Of a stretch of 64,000 bases of DNA, positions 11,305-23,189 are shown piece by piece. Every line of letters starts with the position of its first letter. Within the stretch, counting starts at the first letter, position 1. Under the pieces are notes generated by a model, which was not told where the DNA came from, did no database searches, and saw only the letters and a list, made by a program, of their open reading frames with translations. The stretch is taken from the NCBI GenBank assembly GCA_027923505.1, contig BROI01000004.1:496001-560000 (forward strand), given 5' to 3'. The translations under genes were made by a program, and so were the position numbers. The DNA is from Mayamaea pseudoterrestris (lineage: Eukaryota).

Positions 11305-12591
11305 TTATAAATTAGAGGAATTGTATTGCTTCAATTCCAACTTGAACTTTGCCTCCAGCTTGTCCATGGCCACCTTGCTTGCTTTAGCCTGCGCCGGATA
11401 TTGCGCCCTGAACGAAACGTCTTCCTCCACCTTGAGCGTCCAACCGTCCGCCGTCAGTCTTCCAGTTTGCTGCAGTAACGACAGGAGACGCTGAGACGAC
11501 ACTTTGCCGTCGAATGCGCGGTCCAATCGAGCCCGCTCAATCGTCCCTTTGTTGAGCAGCATCAAAATGAAGGTTCGCGCTCGCTGCATTGGCTTGGGCA
11601 GGTTCATGAGCTTGCTCTGAATGCAAAAGTTGCCTTTTACTAATATTGCGCAGACTGAAAGCGCAGTAAACAAGTCTTGGTTGCTGACGCGGGCCGAAAT
11701 CTGACTTTGAAGGATGGAATAGGGTATTGGACATCCAGCAAGCATGATTGTCGTCAACTGAATGACAATGCTCTTCAAATCAGTTTCTGTCTCTGTTGCC
11801 GGATCTGTCAAAGTTTCAATCCCATCCTTTGGAATATAGTTGAGACTTTCAATGTAGGCAGCCTCCGACAAGTCATCGTGAAGGATTACGTTATTGTTAA
11901 TGGCCGAGCAGTATACATTGCTCATGACGTTTCGATATTCCAAAGATCCCTTGGCGCGCACATTTAAATCCACCCATGGCTCCGACTCTTCGCTCGTTTT
12001 CATGAAAGCGTAACTGGATCGTCGTGCATTTGCAGCACGCTCCGTTTCCTTGCGTTGAAAGATGATTGGCTTGTTTTGCTGCTTGGCGGCGGCGGCCTTG
12101 TTGTCTTCCTCGCTTTGCATACCGTCGTCGTCAGTCTCATACAATGGATCCACCGCGTCTTGAACCTCCAAATGTCCAAAGCTTGGTCGCATTTGAGCAA
12201 TATGACTGAGTGGAACCAAATGCAGAGCAGTTCCATTCTCGCTTTCCTTGAGCTTGCCGACGCAAAGGTGAGTCGTTACCGGTATGGTTTGACTTGTAAA
12301 GATTCTGCTTTCCAAATGACAGTACTCCCCTTGCAACTCTGCATTCTGCGGAAACGGTTCACTCAGCTCCAACATGTTGTGCTGCGGCTTCATGCGAGCT
12401 TCCGTCGGCAGCACGTAGGCGGTGCCGTGCTCGAGCGGATACTGCAACAAATACAGCTGCGAGGCCAGTTCGGGCGACAAGTAAACGTCAATCTCGCGAA
12501 CGATTTCGTCGTCAGCATCCTCATCGTCGTCGACGTCAATGACATTCTTCTCAACGGAAGCAAGCACTATCGGCTTGGCTCGAGATGGCAT
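11305..12591 (-). CDS. RPC5: RNA polymerase III subunit RPC5 (Sin-like)
   Basis: DEIVREIDVYLS..LYLLQYP, LHLVPLSHIAQMRPSFGHL and E.W motifs. Confidence 0.88.
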   Translation of the reverse strand: MPSRAKPIVLASVEKNVIDVDDDEDADDEIVREIDVYLSPELASQLYLLQYPLEHGTAYVLPTEARMKPQHNMLELSEPFPQNAELQGEYCHLESRIFTSQTIPVTTHLCVGKLKESENGTALHLVPLSHIAQMRPSFGHLEVQDAVDPLYETDDDGMQSEEDNKAAAAKQQNKPIIFQRKETERAANARRSSYAFMKTSEESEPWVDLNVRAKGSLEYRNVMSNVYCSAINNNVILHDDLSEAAYIESLNYIPKDGIETLTDPATETETDLKSIVIQLTTIMLAGCPIPYSILQSQISARVSNQDLFTALSVCAILVKGNFCIQSKLMNLPKPMQRARTFILMLLNKGTIERARLDRAFDGKVSSQRLLSLLQQTGRLTADGWTLKVEEDVSFRAQYPAQAKASKVAMDKLEAKFKLELKQYNSSNL

Positions 12592-12754
12592 GGTGGACGA
12601 GCAAGCAAAGTTGGAGATGAGCGAAATTGGAAATCCGAGTTGCGACGGTGCATGGCTGCAAGCCATGTCGCAGCATGAGTGATGCTACGACACGTAGCTA
12701 CCAGTCGTTCCGCCCCACCAAGACATTTTATAAACTCAATCAAGATGCTGCCTG

Positions 12755-13849
12755 CATCATGAAACAATGCCTGTCAACTGCCAGTCATTGATGGATACCT
12801 TGTTGGCTTTGGAGTGGGATATGGCAGCCTGCTACTACGGACAAGGCCACAAAATTCAGGCGGTCAGGTCCTAGTGGCAGAACTTAGAGACTAAACATAA
12901 ATGGGCTAGAGATGAATGCATTGTTTTTCTACATCATAAAACAGTATTTGTTAACTACCAGCCATCAATGGGCACATTAGTGGCTGTTGGAGTGGGTCAC
13001 AGGGCCTGCTACTATGGACAAGCCTGGGGCCAAAAAATTCGGGCAGTCCCACTTGCAGAACTTGAAGACTACATGGGCTATAGATGAATGCATTGCACTT
13101 TCAACATCATGAAACAATGCTTGTCAGCTGCCAGCCATCAATGTACACATTAGTGGCTGTTGGAGTGGGTCAGCCTCCTATGGACAAGCCTGGGCAACAG
13201 ACAGTCCCTCCAGGGGTGGGCTAGTGAATGCATGCTTTCTTCAACAATGCCTGTCAGCTGCCAGCCATCAATGTACACATTAGTGGCTGTGGAGTGGGTC
13301 CCATGGACAAGCCTGGGGCCACAAAATTCAGGCAGTCCCACTCGCAGAACTTGGAGACTACATGGGCTATAGATGAATGCATTGCACTTTCTACATCATG
13401 AAACAATGCCTGTCAGCTGCCAGCCATCAATGTACACATTATTGGCCGTTGGAGTGGGTCACGGGAGCCTGCTACTATGGACAAGCCTGGGGCCACAAAA
13501 TTCAGGCAGTCCCACTCGCAGAACTTGGAGACTACATGGGCTATAGATGAATGCATTGCACTTTCTACTTAATGAAACAATGCCTGTACACATTATTGGC
13601 TTATGGAATGGGTCATGGCAGCCTGCTACTATGGACAAACCTTGGGCAGCAAATTCGGCGGTCTTACTCGCAGAACTTGGATACAACATGGGCTAGAGAT
13701 GAATGCATTGCACTTTCTACATCATGAAACAATGCTTGTCATCTGCCAGCCAGCAAGGTATACCTTATTGTTCTTTGGAGTGGGTCATGGCGGCAGCCTG
13801 CTACTATGGACAAGCCTGGGGCCACAAATTTGAAGCAGTCCTAGTGGCA
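12755..13849. repeat. Tandem (satellite/minisatellite) array, about 7 units of roughly 175 bp
   Basis: CATCATGAAACAATGCCTGTCAGCTGCCAGCCATCAATG...GGAGTGGGTC...GATGAATGCATTGCACTTTCTA recurs, with unit starts near 12755, 12932, 13105, 13243, 13394, 13568 and 13720. Confidence 0.95.
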
Positions 13850-13923
13850 CACTCCAGCAACACCCATGTATAAGATGTCTGCTATTGTAGTGCTAATAGA
13901 CGCATGTGAAATATATATATAAC

Positions 13924-15791
13924 TTAACTCCGCATGAGCTCTTGTAACTCCTCGTCGGCTGCCTTCATCATGGACTCCAAATCAGCGGCAATATCTGCCA
14001 ACGCGCCGTCTGACTCGACAGACATATCGTCCGTCGCCAACGTATCAGATGTTTTGTAGCCTTCCAGATCTGCTTCCGCCTCTTTTAGCATATCGTCAAT
14101 GTCATCTTCAAAAGACCGGTCAGCCAATGAAGGCTTCTTTCCGACAGGCGAAAAGATGTCATCATCGTCCTCCAGCTGCAACGAACATCTCTCCAAGATC
14201 TCTCCCTGTGGTACTGCTCCTTGTTGTTGCTTTTTGAGTCTTCGTTCCGGCATTTTGAACGTGCCGTCTATTATGCTAGCTGTCAGTGGCAGATCCAGAA
14301 ACTTGCGCATATGCGTCACCACCTCCTCGTGCCTCGTATCTCCCGCTAGTTCAAAACGCTCCGCCGCTTGGCGGTACAAGTCCATGATTTCATTCACCCG
14401 CTCCCTGGAGGGGTCATGCTTGAGCGCCAGTTCCTTGGTTTGAATCTCCTGCACCAAGTGCATGGCCTCTTGTATCGCCTTGTGCGCCGCTGCGTTTGTA
14501 TGCTTGCCCTTGACACCATGTCGCCGCAGCACAGTTTGAATCTGATGCACGGCGTCGCTGGAATCGGGACACATGTAAATGAGTGGGTCCTCCGGTGCTG
14601 GTTTGAAAAAAAGCGATACTGACTCTCCGCGTCGAAACTTGAGCTTGTGCATGAGGTCAATGGAAATACAAAATTCGACCGTCGCTGTCGTTGGTGCAAG
14701 CTTGCTTGACTTCATTTCAATAATGTGCGTTTCGGTCACCATCAAAAAGGACTCCTGCAAAACACTACCCGCCTTTTTGGTCATTGACTTGAACATGGCC
14801 GTCGGCGAGCTAAAGCCAGGTTGATGCTCGGCCTTGGCTTCGGCATGCGCAATTGCATCCACTATGAAATCGGGTCGTCGGATTGGCTTGCACGAGTAGA
14901 CTCCATGCGCGTCCACCCAAGGCTCCTTGAGCAAGTTGATTTCCTGTCCCATGCGCACCTCTGACGACGATGCCGACTCTTGCTGCTGCTGCTTCCTTCT
15001 CGACTGCTTCTTGCGGCCCGGCAATTTTGGAGCCTTGGCCGCGGGAGAACCCAGTGCGGAGACAGCCTTTGCCAAACTAGACGCCATTTTACCCGCCGAG
15101 GAGGCGATGCGCCGCGCGCTTTGCTCCAACTCTTGGACCGGATCCAGTTCCGGCGGAGGTGCGGCGTGGAAGGGCTCGCCCTGCAGAAAGCTTTCCTTGA
15201 TTTTGAGACTAATGTTCACAATGGCGTCAGCCTGCGTGTATATAGAGAGAAATTGAGTGTCAGTAGTCTGTCAGTTACGTTGCTGATTCATGGAAATACG
15301 TGCATTTCCAAACATCAACGTCGAAACCCATTCAACTCTTCCGCACTAAATTAACCTACCAAATGCAGACTCGGCGTCCATTCAATATCAATGGCAATCA
15401 AGTCACCATTCTGAATGGTCGATCCATTCGCAAAATACTCTTGTCCTGTGAGTAGTTTCGCCATTGGCTCGCAAAAGGGATAGCAGGTTGGCGTGTGCAT
15501 GAGCGAGCCGTCCGCATTCTTGGGCAAGCTCACGTCCAGCTGCACCGTCACCGTCTTGACCATGGTCGTGGTCATGATTTCCACTCTAAAGTCAATCGTG
15601 CAAGTGGCAGTGCCAAGGTCAAAGTCGTGGCTCTGCAAGGAAACAAAGGGGGGTAGCATGGCCTTGGTTGCCGTAGACGCTCCAGAGTCGTCCGTCGTCA
15701 AGGCCAAAAGCTCTCGCTGCACCCGGGTCGCCCATATTTCGGCGTGACGCTCCTGTGGAGCCATTTCGTTAGTAGTTGGTTGTGGTGTCAT
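13924..15791 (-). CDS. Uncharacterised protein: UBC/RWD-like N-terminus, PH-like middle, helical bundle, acidic tail; intron 15232..15359
   Basis: WATRVQRELLAL...YPFCEP...WTPSLHL|ADAIVNI resembles a UBC-fold N-terminal domain. GTAGGT donor and CGCAG acceptor join two ORFs in frame. Confidence 0.7.
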
Positions 15792-16242
15792 GGTGGTATA
15801 CAATATTTATTCAGAAGTTATATTGCTGTTGCAAGTGTAAAGTGTAGCCCGGTAGCCCGACAAGTCAGATGACGAACGGCTGGAGTCAGTGCGGCACAGT
15901 AAGAGAAAGAGTTGATTATTTAAAAACTTATGGCTCTATTCGCAAACGTTGCTGGAAGCGACAAGATTTCAATCAGATAAAGGTCGAATGGAAACTATGG
16001 TGGAAGATAGATGAGGCTCCAAAATGAATGCGGCTCTTTGCGCACCAATTCTCCATCGTCGCGCGCACTCACCGGCGACAAGCGACCGTTGAGTTTCGCA
16101 TGGACACTTAAGGTTAAACCCTAATTGCCTCGCCAAGAGAAACCCGACGATGAAGGTTCAGCAAAGGCGACCCGACGATGGCCATCACATTGCGGTTTCA
16201 CGCTGTACATCGAGACACAACTCGCACTCGCTCTGCTCCACC

Positions 16243-17115
16243 ATGAGCTCCAAACAGACACTCAACGCCAAGGGAAACATGAGTACTCCGACAATGACGC
16301 CGCGAAGACTCGTGTCGGCTGCTAATACGGATGTGAGTCTTGAAGCTGACGGCTCACGCTTGCTGTCGCTCGGTCGCTGATTTGCGATTTGCGCCAGCGA
16401 AACGAAAGTTCATTGCATTCACTCATCATATTAAGATTCTTACAATGTCCGACTTTTCTATACTTTCCGTTATATCTCGTCGCAGGAGGACCGCGAGCAA
16501 GCCCTCCGCGACTACAAGGTGACCATTGAGTACAAGCATTTGAAGGCTCACGCTCCTGGTGGCGTTTACTTGATTCCTTCGCTCCACGACTTGCGACGCT
16601 TTTATGGCATTATATTCATTCGACGAGGCTTGTATACCAATGGAATATTCAAGTTTCAAATGATATTGCCGCCCGAGTATAACTCGGTCGATGCGCGTCC
16701 CATGATTCAGTTTCTTTCCAACGTTTACAATCCACATGTGTTTCCAAGAACGATGGAACTGGATGTCGAGTCGGCCTATCCATCCTGGGAACCATCCAAA
16801 CACTACCTTGTAACTATTTTGACCTTTATGAAAAAGATTTTTTACTCCAAGTCGTTTGCGGATGCGCACGCCAATTTGGAAGCCAAGGAGCTGTCGGAAT
16901 CGGATCCGGACGCCTATCGCGCGCAGGTGGAAGCGTGCGTACGCGACTCGCAGCGCGACGTGTTTGTCAATCCGGATGACTCGACGGCGCGATGCACGGA
17001 TGAGGAGCTGAGTCATAGGGTGTTGCGTGATCTGCTGAAAGCGAACGTGAAGGATCCGCAGGCGGTTTCCAAGGCGGCCATTTTGTCAATGGTGGAAAAG
17101 GCGAGTAAATGTTAA
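16243..17115 (+). CDS. AKTIP/Fused-toes-like inactive E2 variant (UEV); intron 16333..16485
   Basis: PGGVYLIPS..FYGIIFIRRGLYTNGIFKF..PPEY..VYNPHV..ELDV, with no catalytic Cys. GTGAGT/CGCAG intron. Confidence 0.85.
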
Positions 17116-17326
17116 TATCGTACTCGTATAGACGTATTGTTTCATGCCGTTAAAGTTTGCTTTTATTGCAAGAGAAGCCATTTTTGGACATTTTGTGTGT
17201 TTCAAGAAATTCGGTTTTCCGAGCGAAAGCCTGCCTATCATCAGCCTGCACTTTCCTTCAAACGTGGCTATCAATACAAGCAATGCTTTATAACCTATTG
17301 CCTATTAGATTTTCAGTCCATTATAT

Positions 17327-19039
17327 CTATAAAATGTACTTGGACGTGTCAACATCCCGGACAACGTCAAGGAGCCGCTTCTCCACCAGTTGCTTGTCCA
17401 CCTTTAACACGGTACCTTCCACTGCTTCCGCCGCCTCGAAACTCAGTTCCTCCATGATGCGCTCCATGACGGTATGCAGCCGACGCGCGCCAATGTTTTC
17501 AATCGACTTGTTCAACGTGGCAGCCATGCGAGCAATTTCGCGAATGGCATCGTCGTCAAACTCGAGCGTGACGCCTTCCGTGGCAATCAACTCGGTCTGT
17601 TGATAAATCAAATTGGCGACTGGTTCGGTCAATATGCGATACAAGTCCTCCTCCGTCAAGCCCTTGAGCTCCACGCGCACCGGAAGTCGTCCCTGCAACT
17701 CGGGGAGTAAGTCGCTTGGTTTGACCATGTGAAAGGCTCCGGATGCGACAAAAAGAATGTAGTTGGTATTCACATTACCATACTTGGTGCTGATGGTCGT
17801 TCCTTCGATTAGTGGAAGCAAGTCGCGCTGTACACCTTCCGCAGATGCATCAGGACTTCTGGAGCTAAAGGAATCACGCGCCGAGCAAATTTTGTCTGCG
17901 TCGAAAGGAGAAAGGATTAGTACAATGGTGTCCGTGCATAAAACTTGTAAACAGCACATGAGCTAAAACAACACACGACCTACCAATCTCATCAATGAAG
18001 ACAATGCCACTTTCTTCCACAGACGTTACTGCTTCCTTCTTCATATCTACTTGCTCCAACAATTTGTCAAGTTCTATTTGAAGAATCACATCGCGGGCAG
18101 CCGAAATGGCAAGTTTTTTTCGCTCCGTGTTTGGCTTCTTGCCTTGACCCGAAACTCTCTGCAAAAAGTCTGTCATGACCACTACATTGGGATTGGATCC
18201 GTCGCCGCCAACATGAACATCGCCATTTTTATCTGACTGCGGAACATCCACATCAATCTCCTGGTCGTCCAAAAGTCCCTGCCGCAGCATTTGGCGAAAG
18301 GAGTCTCTCGCCGATTCGCCTGATGTCTTTCCTCCAGTCGCTGCTCCCGAATGTGCTGGTCCAGTCAGTAGATCAAGAATGCGCTCCTCCACCTTCACAA
18401 GCGCATCCTTCTTCAAGCGGTCTGTCCACACCTTTTTGGTCAGTTGCATGGCGACATCCATCAAGTCGCGAATGATTTGATCCACGTCCCTTCCATGGTA
18501 GCCAACTTCGGTGAACTTTGTAGCTTCGACTTTGATAAATGGAGCGTCTGTCAGTTGCGCCATGCGACGAGCTACTTCAGTTTTCTGTAAACAAGAATCA
18601 AGATTCACACACACGACGTGAGTCTCATGCACAAAGCTGATACTCTCTATACCTTCCCTTCATTACAACACCATCCATAACATAGATTTACACATACCCC
18701 ACATCCCGTTGGTCCCACTAGCAGTACATTACGAGGCGTGACTTCCTTGCGCAAATCCTCCGCAAGCAGCTTGCGTCGCCAGCGGTTCCGCATGGCAATG
18801 GCAACCGCTCGCTTAGCGTCAGCCTGACCGACAATATGGCGGTCAAGCTCCGCCACGACTTCGGATGGCCGCAAATTCTTTTCCGAGTTGCGATCATTGT
18901 GATTGGGCGCGTTGATGGAAGCTACAACCGTTACAGTTGGAGTGGCTGGTGCGGCTGCGGCTGCGGAGGAAAAGGTGCGACTGCTGCTGCCATGGCGAAG
19001 TAGCGCCGATGATTTTGAGCCAGCGAATCTGTACATCAT
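17327..19039 (-). CDS. hslU: HslU (ClpY) AAA+ ATPase of the HslVU protease, probably mitochondrial; introns 18585..18697 and 17896..17983
   Basis: [67 protein letters not shown] and C-terminal KYIL. Confidence 0.96.
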
Positions 19040-19453
19040 GTAGTTGGAAAGATTGCTTCGGGGTTGTATTGGCAGTGAATGACGAATATCCACGAGTGAT
19101 GGAATGTTGCCGGCACCTCGATCTGACTTCCATCGTCGAGCGAGCGGCGGCGCGCGGCAGATGCGTGTCGCAATCAATGTCACACTAGAATCACTAAGAC
19201 ACTAGCTATCAGTGGGAAGCTTTACTGTAGTACGAGGCGGCCTTAACGCATCAATATGATCCGTGTGCATGGAAAGGCAGGGTTTTGCCGTGGATCCATT
19301 ATTGGATGAATCATATAATAATAAGAGAAAGGTGTAATTCACCATTGCGTCGTCTCACCATCACTGCTGAACACTCCTCTACATGATACGCTTGCGACTC
19401 CATTTCAATGTACGACTACGGCAACCTCTATAAAAAAAATTCTGTTCACTGCA

Positions 19454-21352
19454 TCAAGTAATATGTTCGTTTAAAAATTCTAAAAAGCGGTCTGCGTAAA
19501 CTTGTGGCGGAACGCAGCTAAAGGAATCGCGCGGGTAAAAGAGTCCCTTGATACGATACTCCAGTGCCTTCTTTTGGTTATAAGGTTGCAAAAAGTCAAT
19601 GAGACCAAAATAGTACGTGGCCGGAGCATTTCGTCGTGATCCTCGTATGACAGAGAGTGGTCCAGCGTCAACGAGACATACGCCGGATCCATAGTACGGG
19701 TCAGGCCAGATTAGCACCTTTTTGGCAATGCGAAGCGACTGACTAATCAAGTAGAACGGTGGCGCTAGCAAGGCTTGCAATGGTAAAAGGGCCGCAGCTG
19801 ATAGTTGCTTCCATTTGGAACGTCGCCGCATGCCTTGAAGTTGGATTTCCCACTGCTGGCTCGTGTCGACTACCTGCATCATGGCTGCATCCAAGCCGAA
19901 TTCTTCCTTGGCAACGCCGATCAGCAAACTGTAGTCAATCGCGTCGCAAGCGACAAGTAACTGAACGTCTTTTCGCAACTGTTTCAGCAAGGCAGCCTTG
20001 GCTGTCGCTCCAATATGAATTCCTTGCGTCGGTTCGCTTGTCATGACTGGTCCCAACCATAATCTCCTTCCACGCCGTGTCGGCGGCGGCAATGCTTTGA
20101 CGAGACTCACTTCTCGTTGCAGGTCCAAGTCCTTCAAGACGGCGCTCGTGCCCCTGGTTTCACGTTCCTCGACGGAACACTCTCGTCCCAACGTCGATCC
20201 CTTGATATCGAATCGTTCCGTCAGTAGTTTGTGGGCTTCCGCCGGAAACACGGAATTCATCACGACAAACGTGACAGGTTTCGCATCGGGTTGCTCTTCG
20301 TCGTTCATGGTGGTCACTTGATACATGCCACAAAACTTGGTCAGCAGCGACCGCTGCCCATGACGCTGCATGAAGCGATGATACTTTGGCAGCATGCTTC
20401 GAAGCGCCTCCACTTCGTCATGTTTGATTGTTTTAATCATGAATGCGCCGTCGCGCGTAAAAAAGAACCACAAGCCGGCGCGGGCAGCACCCTTGCTGTT
20501 GCTTTGAAAGGAAACGTAGGGCCCAGTGTTGAGCAGCGACTTGACATAGGCAGATTCCGAAATACCGAAGGAGCGGCGAAGATCAGCGAAACATTTGGGA
20601 GCAATGGCAGTTATGCGAGCTTTTCTGAGAGAAGGTTCCGTGGAGTCGTTGGACGAAGCAGAGTCGATGGAAACACTCGTTTGGAGTGATACAGAAAAGT
20701 CGGATCGTGCAGCTTCATCTTCGTCATACAGCAACATTTCCTCGACGACATCGTCTGCAACGTCGTCTCTTCGTCCCCTATATTCTCCACGCCAGTATCG
20801 GCGCAAGTTCCAAATGCTGTTTGCGGCCGTCCTTGGCAAGCTGGCCGCAAACAGAGCCGTCCGAGAGGCTGGGACAGAAAATGTCGTCGAGAGGCCCTGT
20901 AGAATTCGTGTTTGGAGACGCTGATGATACGCGTCAACATCCGTCTCGTTCAATATTCGTTCAATCTCTTGGTCCAGTCGCATGGATTCTTCCGCGGACA
21001 TTACGTCGTCACTATGTCGAGCGTTGCGGTTCCCAAACGGAGAAAGCGAATACGTCGTCGTCGAGGAGGATGTCACGGGCACGTTGTGTACATGATACTC
21101 GACAACGCTCGATGTGAAGTTACCCAAGTGTATTTGTTGCTGAATTTGCTGATGCAGTCCAAGTCGAACGCACTCGCGAAAGAGTTGCGTCGCTTCGTAG
21201 AGCGGCGACGTTTCGTGAATCACCGGACCGTCCATGACGCCAATCTCTCCATGACGCAGCAAGTAGACAGCTCTGGACCCGGCTCGTAGCGTTGTAATGA
21301 CTGTTTGAATGACGGCCCAGGCCGCGAGTACGTTATCCAAACCGATTTGCAT
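19454..21352 (-). CDS. Phosphatidylinositol phosphate kinase (PIP5K family)
   Basis: APKCFADLRRSFGI, FFFTRDGAFMIKTI, SLLTKFCG, RFDIKGS, LKDLD, IDYSLLIG, GLIDFLQPY and YADRF. Confidence 0.92.
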   Translation of the reverse strand: MQIGLDNVLAAWAVIQTVITTLRAGSRAVYLLRHGEIGVMDGPVIHETSPLYEATQLFRECVRLGLHQQIQQQIHLGNFTSSVVEYHVHNVPVTSSSTTTYSLSPFGNRNARHSDDVMSAEESMRLDQEIERILNETDVDAYHQRLQTRILQGLSTTFSVPASRTALFAASLPRTAANSIWNLRRYWRGEYRGRRDDVADDVVEEMLLYDEDEAARSDFSVSLQTSVSIDSASSNDSTEPSLRKARITAIAPKCFADLRRSFGISESAYVKSLLNTGPYVSFQSNSKGAARAGLWFFFTRDGAFMIKTIKHDEVEALRSMLPKYHRFMQRHGQRSLLTKFCGMYQVTTMNDEEQPDAKPVTFVVMNSVFPAEAHKLLTERFDIKGSTLGRECSVEERETRGTSAVLKDLDLQREVSLVKALPPPTRRGRRLWLGPVMTSEPTQGIHIGATAKAALLKQLRKDVQLLVACDAIDYSLLIGVAKEEFGLDAAMMQVVDTSQQWEIQLQGMRRRSKWKQLSAAALLPLQALLAPPFYLISQSLRIAKKVLIWPDPYYGSGVCLVDAGPLSVIRGSRRNAPATYYFGLIDFLQPYNQKKALEYRIKGLFYPRDSFSCVPPQVYADRFLEFLNEHIT

Positions 21353-21747
21353 CTTGATGAATGTATATGGCGTTGATGGGTGTACCGGTAGTCGCCGACG
21401 AGAGGCGCGTGTTGGGCGACGAAGATGTGCAAGCGAAGGATAAGTCGTCACTATGCCAAACCTTGGAGACTGACAGTTTCTGTCGACTAGACAGCTGCTT
21501 ATTTCACTATAGTCTATATCAAGCTATGCGCCTATTCTTTTGACCCGACATGATTCGATTGTACATGCGTTTTGTGAGTGTCTCGCAAGGTCGAGATCTT
21601 GGGCTGTCACGCTTCATCGCATCGGTACTCAACGGTTTCTCTCCACAACATCTTTTGGCATCGATCATCGATGAAACCGACTCGCTTCGCAGCAAAGCTT
21701 CACAAGTGTATGAGAAGTCACCATACAATAAGGTGAATGGATTCAGC

Positions 21748-23118
21748 ATGATGAACAGTCTCTTGTTAATCCTGTCGCTGTTAATTTCGTCGCCGTTGTT
21801 GCTATCGCTCGTCAAGGCTGGGCCGTGCGACGACGTTGCCACATCAAACCCACTTTGCGATGACGAGCATCAGTTGGATCATCCGGTTCTCTGTCACTGG
21901 CTGCAAGTGGCGCAAAATGTGGACGTTTTCGCGCAGCATGCGCGCGAGTGGACTGATTCGCATGGTTTGCTAGCGGATGTGTATGAAACAATTAAAGATG
22001 TGACATTCGAGGCAGACGACTTGTTGGTGTCAACCACCATGCAACGACGGGCTTTGCGCGAAAACAGGGACGCGAACGTTCTTCAGCAACCGCCGTCACC
22101 AACGCGGCCGCCATCGTCACCGACTCGTCCATCTCCGCCAACATCACCTCCTCGACCGCCATCTCCGTCGTCTCCAACCCGTCCTCCATCAGCACCAACT
22201 CCGAAATCAAAGCAGCTCCCCGTTGTCTTTGCGCATGGCATTGGCGATTCTTGCTTCAACGACGGCTTTCTCCGACTCTTGCAACGGACGCGCGACATAC
22301 TCGGCAATGACGTTTACGTGACTTGCATTCCCACGGCAGACAACCAAAAGGAGGATACCAAGAATGGTTTCTTTTTGAACTGGAACGCGTCGGTGGACGT
22401 TTTTCACTCCAAAGTTGCTCGCGATAATCACTTGAAGAATGGCTTTCACGCCATTGGACTCTCGCAGGGAGCCAACTTGATTCGAGGATATATCGCCAAG
22501 TATAATGATCCTCCGGTGCATTCGTTTTTGGCCATTAATGGAGTCAATGCTGGGATTGGAGCTGTTCCGTATTGTCGACCCGAGCACAGTTTGATTAATC
22601 ATCGTGAGAATAATCCCATGACACTACCCATTCACAAGGAATTATCGTTTCATTCGCTGTGCGATTTGTTCCAGGAGCAAGCCTCGCGGGCGGCTTACAA
22701 TTGCTTTGCGCAGGAACACAGCTTTCCAGCCAACTACTGGCGCGATCCGCGGCTGATTGCGGCCGAGCGCTATCAAATTTACAGTCAACTAGCGTGGTTC
22801 AATCAGGAGGGTTACGAAATTAGAGATGAATTCAAGAAGAATTGGAACAAGACGACAAAGTTTGTGTGGATTCTGGCCGAGGATGATAGTTTGGTGTGGC
22901 CGAAGGAGGGTGAGCAATGGGGTGCGCCTGACCCACGAGATCCCTTTAATCGAGTTCTGCAGCGGAATGAGACGCGATGGTATCGCGACGATTTGTTTGG
23001 TCTCAAGACGGCGGAGGAGGCTGGCAAGAACTTTTACGAGTCCTTTCCGGGCGATCATTTGAAATTTTCGCGTGAGGATTATGAGCGGTGGGTTAACAAG
23101 TATATTCGCGACGATTAG
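21748..23118 (+). CDS. PPT1: Palmitoyl-protein thioesterase 1-like, secreted/lysosomal, with Pro/Ser-rich linker
   Basis: Signal peptide; PVVFAHGIGDSC, GLSQG nucleophile, NYWRDP, DLFGLK and GDHL. Confidence 0.9.
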   Translation: MMNSLLLILSLLISSPLLLSLVKAGPCDDVATSNPLCDDEHQLDHPVLCHWLQVAQNVDVFAQHAREWTDSHGLLADVYETIKDVTFEADDLLVSTTMQRRALRENRDANVLQQPPSPTRPPSSPTRPSPPTSPPRPPSPSSPTRPPSAPTPKSKQLPVVFAHGIGDSCFNDGFLRLLQRTRDILGNDVYVTCIPTADNQKEDTKNGFFLNWNASVDVFHSKVARDNHLKNGFHAIGLSQGANLIRGYIAKYNDPPVHSFLAINGVNAGIGAVPYCRPEHSLINHRENNPMTLPIHKELSFHSLCDLFQEQASRAAYNCFAQEHSFPANYWRDPRLIAAERYQIYSQLAWFNQEGYEIRDEFKKNWNKTTKFVWILAEDDSLVWPKEGEQWGAPDPRDPFNRVLQRNETRWYRDDLFGLKTAEEAGKNFYESFPGDHLKFSREDYERWVNKYIRDD

Positions 23119-23189
23119 GCAGTGAATGATGAATTCTTCACAAGTTGTATATATGATACTACAATTTTAAAGCACACATTATACATGCA

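Noticed and set aside
12755..13849. CRISPR array, or coding repeat (ORFs 13160..13372 and 13603..13833)
   Set aside because: Units repeat end to end with no unique spacers and no cas genes nearby. Frequent non-triplet indels and stops argue against coding.
17327..19039. Bacterial contamination or recent HGT of hslU
   Set aside because: It has spliceosomal introns and a transit-like N-terminus, and mitochondrial HslVU is known from many protists.
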